Positions 56,829 through 64,000 of a stretch of DNA of 64,000 nt are shown one piece after another. The notes under the pieces were generated by a model that made no database searches, was not told the DNA's origin, and saw nothing but the letters and a program-made list of their open reading frames with translations. Positions within the stretch are counted from its first letter, which is position 1. Each line of letters begins with the position of its first letter. The stretch spans positions 113,933 through 177,932 of the forward strand of contig CAJXPQ010000007.1 in the NCBI GenBank assembly GCA_913058265.1, read 5' to 3'. The translations under genes were made by a program, and so were the position numbers. Origin of the DNA: an uncultured Oligoflexia bacterium (lineage in GTDB: Bacteria; Bdellovibrionota; Bacteriovoracia; Bacteriovoracales; Bacteriovoracaceae).

Positions 56829-56968
56829 TTTTACCTCCACCCGTTACTAAGCATGAATTAGGCCGGCCAAGTTAAGTGGTAAACTACTGAGTTTAATAAA
56901 TGAATTTTAATCTTAAGGAATTTTTTACTCTTTGAATGGAAACTTTAGGATAACAAGTAAGGTTAGGA

Positions 56969-57460
56969 TCATAGATTCAGTGAATTAAACTGATTATCAA
57001 AATAACAACTAAGAGTTTTTTTATCACTAGATAAAGATTGATGTGCAATTTTTAATCGCCTAGCAAGTTTCTCTTTAAATAAAAAGCAGCCGACCTCTTC
57101 ATCTTGGCAATATTTATCCGTTTTCCCTTCACACTGCCACTTTAAGATAACCCTCTTACCACTTTGGCATTCAACTTTTTTGTTTTTCTTTACGATAGCA
57201 CGAGTATAATAGGGATTGGCCGCCTCTTTCTCATCACAAAACTTTGAAATCTCCATTTTATCTCCCATGCAATCTAATGTTGAAATGGAGTGATATTCAA
57301 TTAAGGGTGACTTTCTTTTGGTGAGATAAAAACATACATCTGACCAGGAGTACTCTTTTTTACCACTTATGGTGTGGTCATCTCGAAGAATTTTAGCCGA
57401 AGTACTTTGAATAAAGAAAAAGCATGTCATAAGACATGCCCCTAATATTATTTTTTTCAT
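56969..57460 (-). CDS. Secreted Cys-rich protein, hypothetical
   Basis: It has a signal peptide and 8 Cys in the mature part. It starts 1 nt after the gdhA stop. Confidence 0.5.
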   Translation of the reverse strand: MKKIILGACLMTCFFFIQSTSAKILRDDHTISGKKEYSWSDVCFYLTKRKSPLIEYHSISTLDCMGDKMEISKFCDEKEAANPYYTRAIVKKNKKVECQSGKRVILKWQCEGKTDKYCQDEEVGCFLFKEKLARRLKIAHQSLSSDKKTLSCYFDNQFNSLNL

Positions 57461-57461
57461 T

Positions 57462-58730
57462 TTAACCTGGAAATAATCCTCTTAGTTTCATTGCTGCTTC
57501 AAGTTTTGCAAGTGCAGCACACATAGCGGCGGTTTTCATATCAACCTTATAATGCTCTGATTTTTTAACAACTTCAGCAAATGCATTTTTAAGTATACTA
57601 TGAAGAGTTTTATTAATTTGATCTTCATCCCAAAAAAAGTGTGCCAGTCCTTGTACCCACTCAAAGTAAGACACAATAACCCCTCCAGCATTACAAAGAA
57701 TATCTGGAATAATAAAGACACCCTTCTCAGACAAGTACTTTATCGCCTCCTTAGTAAGTGGTCCGTTTGCACCTTCTGCAATAATTTTTGCCTTAACCTG
57801 CTCCATATTTTCAATTGTAATGACTGAATCAATTGCAGCTGGGATCAGGACATCAACTTCAAGTGCTAATAAATCAGAGTTAGAAATATGTTCTACTCCA
57901 GCTCGAGTATAATCCTTTAATAAACCTTTCTCTTTACTACAGAACTCTTGAAGATCAAGAACATTTAAGCCTTGCTCACAGTAAACACCACCTGTGTGAT
58001 CAGAGACAGCGACAATTTTTGCTCCCTGTTCTGAAAGGTCAACTGCAGCTGGAACACCAACTTTACCAAAGCCATGAATAGCAACTGTAGTGCTATGATT
58101 AATTTCTTTATCCATCTTGTCGTAAGCAAAGTTAATACAATAAGCGACACCTTTACCAGTAGCTGCTTCTCTGCCAAGTGATCCACCAATTGAAATTGGT
58201 TTACCAGTAACAACACCATGAGCTGCATATCCTTGCACTTGAGAATATGTATCCATAAACCACGCCATTGTTTGTTTATCAGTTCCAATATCTGGTGCAG
58301 GTATATCTTTATCTGGGCCAACAAAAGGTCCAATCTCCATTGCATATCTTCGAGTTAAACCTTGAAGTTCTTGTCTCGATAAATCATTGGGATCAACTTT
58401 AACTCCACCCTTTGCTCCACCGAGAGGTAGTCCAACAAGAGCACATTTAAATGTCATAAGCATCGCCAATGCCGTAGTTTCTGATAAGTCGACGTGAGGG
58501 TGAAAACGAATTCCTCCCTTACCAGGTCCTAATGTTAAATTATGTTGAACACGGTAGCCTTCAAATGTTTTAACTGTTCCATCGTCAAGTCTAATAGGAA
58601 TAGAGACTTGAATAGCACGCTTAGGGTACTTCAGTCTTTCAACTATGTTTGGGTCAGCACTCATGGCTTCAGCAGCATTTTCAAGTTGTGCCAAAGAATC
58701 TTTGTATAATTGGCTGTGGTATAAAGGCAT
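57462..58730 (-). CDS. gdhA: Glutamate dehydrogenase (Glu/Leu/Phe/Val dehydrogenase family)
   Basis: The catalytic Lys motif GPGKGGIRFHP and the Rossmann motif HGFGKVG are present in a 422-aa protein. Confidence 0.93.
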   Translation of the reverse strand: MPLYHSQLYKDSLAQLENAAEAMSADPNIVERLKYPKRAIQVSIPIRLDDGTVKTFEGYRVQHNLTLGPGKGGIRFHPHVDLSETTALAMLMTFKCALVGLPLGGAKGGVKVDPNDLSRQELQGLTRRYAMEIGPFVGPDKDIPAPDIGTDKQTMAWFMDTYSQVQGYAAHGVVTGKPISIGGSLGREAATGKGVAYCINFAYDKMDKEINHSTTVAIHGFGKVGVPAAVDLSEQGAKIVAVSDHTGGVYCEQGLNVLDLQEFCSKEKGLLKDYTRAGVEHISNSDLLALEVDVLIPAAIDSVITIENMEQVKAKIIAEGANGPLTKEAIKYLSEKGVFIIPDILCNAGGVIVSYFEWVQGLAHFFWDEDQINKTLHSILKNAFAEVVKKSEHYKVDMKTAAMCAALAKLEAAMKLRGLFPG

Positions 58731-58839
58731 AATCGCTCCGTTTAATGGGTATATATTTATAATTAAATTATAGCCATTTTACGGATAAATTGAACCTTGG
58801 GAATAAAAATTGTAGTAGTTTTTTTGATGCAATGCCTAA

Positions 58840-59697
58840 CTAGAAGCCCATATGAAATTTTAATTGCAAAATATTATTCTCAGATACTCCTGAAGTCGTA
58901 ATTTCTTCAAAATCATCAAAATCCTTACTATGTGTCAGTCGAATTTTCCAATGTTGTGAAAGTGGCTGATCAGCAGCAGCAAGTAGTCTCGTCTCATCAA
59001 CATAGTAATTGGTAAAAAGCTTTGTTTTAGTCGCCTTGATAGTTCGCTCAACATTCAATTCTTGACTGCCGTTGATCCCAACCCATGCACGGGCATAAAA
59101 GTACTTTGATTTCACTGTAAATTTGGCCATACCGATCTCCGGTCTTGCTTGGAATCCAAATTTTAAATTATCTTTTCCAACTTTTACAGAACTTGTTGAT
59201 TTAAGAGCAGGTTTACCACTATTATTACGCGCCTTAACGAGTACTTTCTCATGGAGCTTAATGGCTTCAATGGCATCAATTTCATCATCTGCCGTCCACT
59301 CTTCCCAAGAGTTTTTAATTCCCCCGTTGGTAGCTTTCTCTAAATCTTTTGAAAGGAATCTTAAATAGTGCTTTTGCAAGAATTGTTCTTTTTGCTCGTT
59401 TGTAGGCAGATTCACAATTCCAGTTCCTTCTAACCCGTAATCTTCAGCGTATTGCTCTTGGCTTATCCAGTACTGAAGCTTCTTTTTAGCACTCTTCATC
59501 TTAGATTTATGCTTTTCATGGAAGTCATCCATGAAGTTTCGCTCTATTAGCATAGGAACAACTATCATATCATCGTCTGGTACAAAGTTAGCTGGCGCTC
59601 TAGCAACAAGAGAACCGCTCTCAGCAAAACAGCTGAAAGTGGCCAATATTTGGACACTTATAAGAAGATGCATATAATTTTTACATAATCTTTTCAT
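58840..59697 (-). CDS. Exported protein, possibly outer-membrane associated, hypothetical
   Basis: The N-terminus is hydrophobic (LLISVQILATFSCFA). The C-terminal third is beta-rich and ends ...LKFHMGF. Confidence 0.5.
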   Translation of the reverse strand: MKRLCKNYMHLLISVQILATFSCFAESGSLVARAPANFVPDDDMIVVPMLIERNFMDDFHEKHKSKMKSAKKKLQYWISQEQYAEDYGLEGTGIVNLPTNEQKEQFLQKHYLRFLSKDLEKATNGGIKNSWEEWTADDEIDAIEAIKLHEKVLVKARNNSGKPALKSTSSVKVGKDNLKFGFQARPEIGMAKFTVKSKYFYARAWVGINGSQELNVERTIKATKTKLFTNYYVDETRLLAAADQPLSQHWKIRLTHSKDFDDFEEITTSGVSENNILQLKFHMGF

Positions 59698-59801
59698 CTG
59701 GCTTCTATTTCCCTTGTTATTTTAACAACTTACAAGAAGTTATCGTTCTCTATACTATTAATAAAGCAAGGGGGATGCCAAAGCATATAATGTTGGATTA
59801 T

Positions 59802-60593
59802 TTAAGCAGGCTTGAGCGCCTCTTCGATTTTTTCAAGAATTTCGATTTGAATATCTGTAGCATCATCTAAGTCTGCATGCTCTTCAGGACGAAGAAAGTT
59901 TTTAACGTCTGTTCGCTCATAATTCAAGGCAATATTAGGCCCATCATTCAGAAACTCATATGGCCCTTGAGCAAGAAAGTTTAAATTTCTTTTTACATTC
60001 TGAGGGACAATATCGTTATCTGCACCAACGGAGTCTAATGTGACAAGTAAATCTATTTTTCTAAAACCATTATCAATTGTATTAAGTGTTTGAGCTATTT
60101 CCATAACACCGTCTCCGCCAAAACTATGCCCAACTAAAATTATAGGTTGATCAGATTTTCGCTTCTTTATATCTTCAATGATTTCCTCTTGTTCGTCCCA
60201 ATCAAAGTGCTTCGCCCCTTCAACTGCTTCGGCCATATCTTTGATTCCATCATAATTACCTTTGATAGATCCAGCACCAAACCAATTAAATCCACTTACA
60301 AAATAAATTCCTGGTTTTTCAAGATTACCAAATTTTTTGCCGTGAATTTTTTCTGCTTTTGATGACGCTGAAAGATCCTTAGCAATCTCACTGGCCAACT
60401 CTTTCTTGAGCTCTTTTGCCTTATCAGAAAGTTCGACTCTAGCTGCAACAGGAGTCTCTTTTTTCTCAACTTTAGACTCAGGTGCCTTAAAGCTATTGCT
60501 CTCTGTTTTTTCAGAAAGCTTAGAAGCCTTTTCGCTAGCGACTGATAGATCTGTAGAATAGAGAGATGCCGGATTAAAGGCCATACTTTTCAT
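59802..60593 (-). CDS. Alpha/beta-hydrolase (GxSxG lipase/esterase-like) with a ~90-aa low-complexity N-terminal region
   Basis: It has the nucleophile elbow ILVGHSFGGDG. The N-terminal S/K/E/A-rich region has no hydrophobic signal peptide and contains VELSDKAKEL. Confidence 0.6.
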   Translation of the reverse strand: MKSMAFNPASLYSTDLSVASEKASKLSEKTESNSFKAPESKVEKKETPVAARVELSDKAKELKKELASEIAKDLSASSKAEKIHGKKFGNLEKPGIYFVSGFNWFGAGSIKGNYDGIKDMAEAVEGAKHFDWDEQEEIIEDIKKRKSDQPIILVGHSFGGDGVMEIAQTLNTIDNGFRKIDLLVTLDSVGADNDIVPQNVKRNLNFLAQGPYEFLNDGPNIALNYERTDVKNFLRPEEHADLDDATDIQIEILEKIEEALKPA

Positions 60594-60644
60594 AGCTATA
60601 TTTTAGCAAAAAAGTAATTTAGTTTATACGAGGCAAAAAGTGTT

Positions 60645-63608
60645 TTACTCAACTTCCAAAGGAATATATACAAGCTCAGACGTCCCTTTATCTGTAAAAC
60701 ACTGGATACTATACTCATACTTATAACCATCAATAATCACTGGGTTAAGTGCTTTACAGTTTTCCGGAATATTTACATTAAAGCTGATAGGAGCATAAAT
60801 CTTATCATCCTTAAAAATTATCAAGTAAATATTTCGACTCGCAATTTGAGTAGAATCTACATATAAGGCAGGAATCTTCTTACCACCTTGAGAAAAGCTT
60901 ATTGGATAATGTTGTTCTCGAAAAAGCATACCTGGTAGAAAACTCGATACATGTACAGGATAAGAGTATTTTTCCTTCACCCCATCACTATGCTCAAGAT
61001 AAATTTTACTCGGAGTTAAATAGAATCTAAAGGTTCCTTCATCTGTCATAAATGTCTTAATAGGATACTCAAGTGTATTTGATATATCATCTTGCTCAAT
61101 TGAGACGTATTCAATTTTGTTTCTATCAGCTACTAAAGAGAATTCTTCCCAAGCAAGCCTTGATGACTTTTCGAATCCCACAAGAGTACGCTCAGTTGTC
61201 TGGGCATATACATCATCACCAGTTAAATCCATAGATCGTTCTGTAATAAACTCAGATAGATTTAAATTTATTCCGTCTAATTTTTTAATCAACCATTCTT
61301 TACTACTTATTGAATTGATTAAAAGGGTATAGTTTCGAGGTAATTTTCGTTCACTCTCGTGTGAGATAAGAATACTAAACTCTCCCTTATCAATATCTTC
61401 AAATGATTGCTTGTTAAACTTAACCATAAAGACTTGCTCGAATGGTCTGAAGCCAACTTTCATCTTAAAATCATCGATGAATCTATTTGTCATAAATGTT
61501 CTAGTGATAAAAGTTGGTTTTGCCTCAACAATGACAGGTTCATAATAGTAGATATTACTTGAAAAAACTCTTTTTCGTAATCTTGCAAAAGGATTTGGGC
61601 TACTGTCTGCTTCAGGGATATTTCCATAAGTTAAGTATGCTGGGACACTAATTTCACCAAAGTCTCCATATGTCATTTTCACCCATGCAAAGTCATTTAA
61701 ATCTTGTAGAATCACATTCTCAAACTTTAACTTAAAATGGGAATAGTCTACTCTCTGTTTCTTTCCGTCGACTTCTACTGTCTTAGAAAATAATGGTCGC
61801 AATCTTTCGGTTAAGTAAGAATACATAATTTCAGACGATTCTTCCCCTTCATCATTCTCTTTTAAAATAAGCGATCTAAGTACAATATCTGCAACTCCAT
61901 CACCATTGGCATCGATGCGATGAACAGATAATATTTCAGAAACACCTTTCTCAAGCATGACATTCCCAATATTACGAATGCTATCGCCAACCTTTGTGAA
62001 TAAAGCAAAAACCTTACCGGCTTTATTTTCATTCAGAAGGTAATAGTATGGAAAATCATAAGGTGCGTGATGATAATTCACTGTAGAGATACTTGATAAA
62101 TCTTTTGGATTTGCACCAATAATTTGAAAGCGCTTAGCATTAGAAAGATCGTTAAAATCGATATAGAAACGTTTTTGAAATTTAAAAGTATCTACCTTAC
62201 CACTATTTCTTACAACTAAGTACATATCTTGGATCAGATCAACATCAAGACTCTTAATATGTCCTGCTACAGTTAGCTTTTTGTTTTCAATTGTAAAAAG
62301 ATAGTCATCAAAAACTATATTTTCATTCGCAAGCAATGATATATCTAGCTTCTCTTTATCTATCTTATTCATTTGAAAGTCGATCTCAAAACGAAAATAC
62401 TTACTTTTCGCATCAACCTTAACTCTGTTAAAACCTTTAAAGCTTGGCCTTGCAATGCTCGAGCTTGCAGCAAGTGCCTGCTTAAAATTGATAATTGATC
62501 CGTTAGAGAATTTATTATTTATATCAAATGAATTACCTGTTCCATTTATGATTTTAGCCTTGATTTCTTCTGCTGTAAGACTTGGGTCTAAACCCTTAAT
62601 CGTTGCCGCCAAAGCAGAAACATAAGGTGTTGACTGACTTGTTCCCGACTTAACTTCATATCCAACAACATCAAAGAAAAGAGGTGTATTTGCAGTTGGA
62701 AAAGTACTTATAATATTATTACCCGGCGCAAGAACATCAACATGGGCTCCGTAATTAGAAAAGTCTGACATCTTTCCATCAGGGTCAGATGAACCTACAC
62801 ATAAAACTCCTGGATAAGCACAAGGCATGATTGGCTCAGAGTGATCATTATTCCCTGAAGCAGAGACAACAATCACACCGGCATCGATTGCTTTCTTTAC
62901 CGCTGCCTTTAAATGGCCTTTATCAAAAGAGAGTGGCCATCCAAGACTAAGGTTTATAATATCTGCTTTCATCTCAACAGCATAAAGAATAGCTTTCTCT
63001 AATCTGTCACTTGTCCCAAGCGCCTGTGAATCTTCATTATTGTTACTTAAAACTTTAATCGGTAATATTTTAATTCTATTAGAGACACCAGATATTCCGA
63101 TCTCGTTATTCTTTACAGCTGCGATAATACCAGCAATATGTGTTCCGTGCCCTACAAAGTCATCGGGTCTGTTTGATCCTAATTCTTTCTTCCCTGTAAA
63201 ATCCCAACCTTTACAGTCACCGGGATATATATTGCTATCCTTACTCTCTTCAGGCTCAAAAGGGATCTCTCCGTTTTCACATTCGATAGTGTTTACAAAT
63301 ATATTACTCTTGAGATCGGGATGATTATAATCGACACCGGTATCAATAACGGCCACTATAACATCACGCTTAAATTGATCATCAATCGTATTTATAAAAG
63401 GTATGGCAATATCAGCATTTTTATTTCCAACGATCAAGAGATTCTCAAGGTCGGATAATTCGTTATAAACTTTCTGCCCTTGAAAATCCATTCCCCACTG
63501 ATAGTTATAAAAGGGGTCACTGACTTTAGCGGTAGTAATATCCGCAGGTTCAATAGAAGCTAAAGTAAAATTTGAGACCAAAGTTGTAAGGAGTAATAGA
63601 TATTTCAT
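60645..63608 (-). CDS. Secreted subtilisin-like serine protease (S8) with a ~600-aa C-terminal extension
   Basis: A signal peptide is followed by the triad contexts VAVIDTGVDYNHPDL (Asp), HGTHIAGIIAA (His) and SGTSQSTPYVSALAA (Ser). The extension contains the FG-GAP/VCBS-like motif DANGDGVADIV. Confidence 0.9.
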   Translation of the reverse strand: MKYLLLLTTLVSNFTLASIEPADITTAKVSDPFYNYQWGMDFQGQKVYNELSDLENLLIVGNKNADIAIPFINTIDDQFKRDVIVAVIDTGVDYNHPDLKSNIFVNTIECENGEIPFEPEESKDSNIYPGDCKGWDFTGKKELGSNRPDDFVGHGTHIAGIIAAVKNNEIGISGVSNRIKILPIKVLSNNNEDSQALGTSDRLEKAILYAVEMKADIINLSLGWPLSFDKGHLKAAVKKAIDAGVIVVSASGNNDHSEPIMPCAYPGVLCVGSSDPDGKMSDFSNYGAHVDVLAPGNNIISTFPTANTPLFFDVVGYEVKSGTSQSTPYVSALAATIKGLDPSLTAEEIKAKIINGTGNSFDINNKFSNGSIINFKQALAASSSIARPSFKGFNRVKVDAKSKYFRFEIDFQMNKIDKEKLDISLLANENIVFDDYLFTIENKKLTVAGHIKSLDVDLIQDMYLVVRNSGKVDTFKFQKRFYIDFNDLSNAKRFQIIGANPKDLSSISTVNYHHAPYDFPYYYLLNENKAGKVFALFTKVGDSIRNIGNVMLEKGVSEILSVHRIDANGDGVADIVLRSLILKENDEGEESSEIMYSYLTERLRPLFSKTVEVDGKKQRVDYSHFKLKFENVILQDLNDFAWVKMTYGDFGEISVPAYLTYGNIPEADSSPNPFARLRKRVFSSNIYYYEPVIVEAKPTFITRTFMTNRFIDDFKMKVGFRPFEQVFMVKFNKQSFEDIDKGEFSILISHESERKLPRNYTLLINSISSKEWLIKKLDGINLNLSEFITERSMDLTGDDVYAQTTERTLVGFEKSSRLAWEEFSLVADRNKIEYVSIEQDDISNTLEYPIKTFMTDEGTFRFYLTPSKIYLEHSDGVKEKYSYPVHVSSFLPGMLFREQHYPISFSQGGKKIPALYVDSTQIASRNIYLIIFKDDKIYAPISFNVNIPENCKALNPVIIDGYKYEYSIQCFTDKGTSELVYIPLEVE

Positions 63609-63982
63609 TATTGTAATCTCCTTAAGAACCAGTAAGCACCTAATTCACCTTGTGAGATTTTTATTGCAGAACGAAGTGTCGCCATAATCCCGCCAGGCAT
63701 CTCTGATCCGTATTCGCCAATAGCATTTGAGATAAGAGCTTCTTCACCATTTTCAGTACCGGTTCTAAAACCTGTAATTGTTCCTTTTAAATAAAAATTC
63801 TCGTCTCCACCGACTATTTCTTGAAAAACATTAAATGGAAGCATTGATTCAATGACATCAATCAACGTTGTAATATTTGTGGATTTTTGATCTGGGCTCA
63901 TTAAGTTTTGATAGTCTGCCTGGAGGTCTGTATGTGCATTTCGAATTTTGCGAATAAGTTTTTTCCGCTTTCTTTCGTACAT
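63608..63982 (-). CDS. Hypothetical cytoplasmic protein coupled to the S8 protease gene
   Basis: This 124-aa protein has a basic N-terminus (MYERKRKKLIRKIRN) and no signal peptide. Its TAA stop shares a base with the protease ATG (TAATG). Confidence 0.5.
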   Translation of the reverse strand: MYERKRKKLIRKIRNAHTDLQADYQNLMSPDQKSTNITTLIDVIESMLPFNVFQEIVGGDENFYLKGTITGFRTGTENGEEALISNAIGEYGSEMPGGIMATLRSAIKISQGELGAYWFLRRLQ

Positions 63983-64000
63983 ATCTCTGAACCTATATGA

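Noticed and set aside
56861-56868. GGCCGGCC 8-bp GC palindrome in an AT-rich spacer
   Set aside because: It is a single short site with no extended arms or partner repeat, so it is probably chance or a restriction-type site. There is no supporting context.
1-64000. Search by eye for CRISPR arrays, IS elements or inverted terminal repeats, integrases, tRNA/rRNA/tmRNA and prophage modules
   Set aside because: None was found. There are no tandem repeat-spacer patterns, no transposase or integrase motifs in any ORF, and no T-loop-like GTTCGAATC-type sequences outside CDS. The window looks like core chromosome.

Overview
This is an AT-rich, densely packed chromosomal segment with about 60 CDS, many joined by overlapping stop/start codons. 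It comes from a diderm (Gram-negative) bacterium, since LptF/G, an MsbA-like exporter, GmhB and several outer-membrane beta-barrels are present. Most of the window is housekeeping: metK, mpl, ppdK, glyQS, gmhB, recO, an Nfu-type Fe-S protein, lepA, ktrAB-type K+ uptake, an RlmD/TrmA-type RNA methyltransferase, a PilW-like TPR lipoprotein plus rodZ, pepA, trmL, mtgA, an MltD-like lytic transglycosylase, rplU-rpmA-obg-rsfS-rlmH, gpmI-pfkA and gdhA. I saw no rRNA, tRNA, CRISPR array, transposase, integrase or phage genes, so this reads as core chromosome rather than an island. The low GC and the many secreted hydrolases and orphan exported proteins remind me of predatory Bdellovibrionota (Bacteriovoracaceae/Halobacteriovorax-like), but that is an unverified inference. 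One long CDS at the left edge (1..2582, minus) is missing from the ORF track because it runs off the window. Several track starts are TTG/GTG extensions, and I adjusted them where an ATG or GTG with a Shine-Dalgarno sequence is visible. The most interesting items are: (1) a self-promoted, translationally coupled three-gene cassette (18877..20466) of two Sec-exported small proteins plus an acidic cytoplasmic partner, read as a candidate secreted toxin/immunity module of unassigned family; (2) a ~160-nt GC-rich island with mutually exclusive helices inside the 473-bp AT-rich spacer between two divergent outer-membrane protein genes, a candidate structured RNA; (3) a 347-aa RecQ-core-only helicase overlapping recO; (4) a propeptide-less 987-aa S8 protease coupled to a small upstream ORF and followed by an atypical alpha/beta hydrolase; (5) several orphan exported or Cys-rich proteins. 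All family assignments come from motif recognition by eye; no searches were run.
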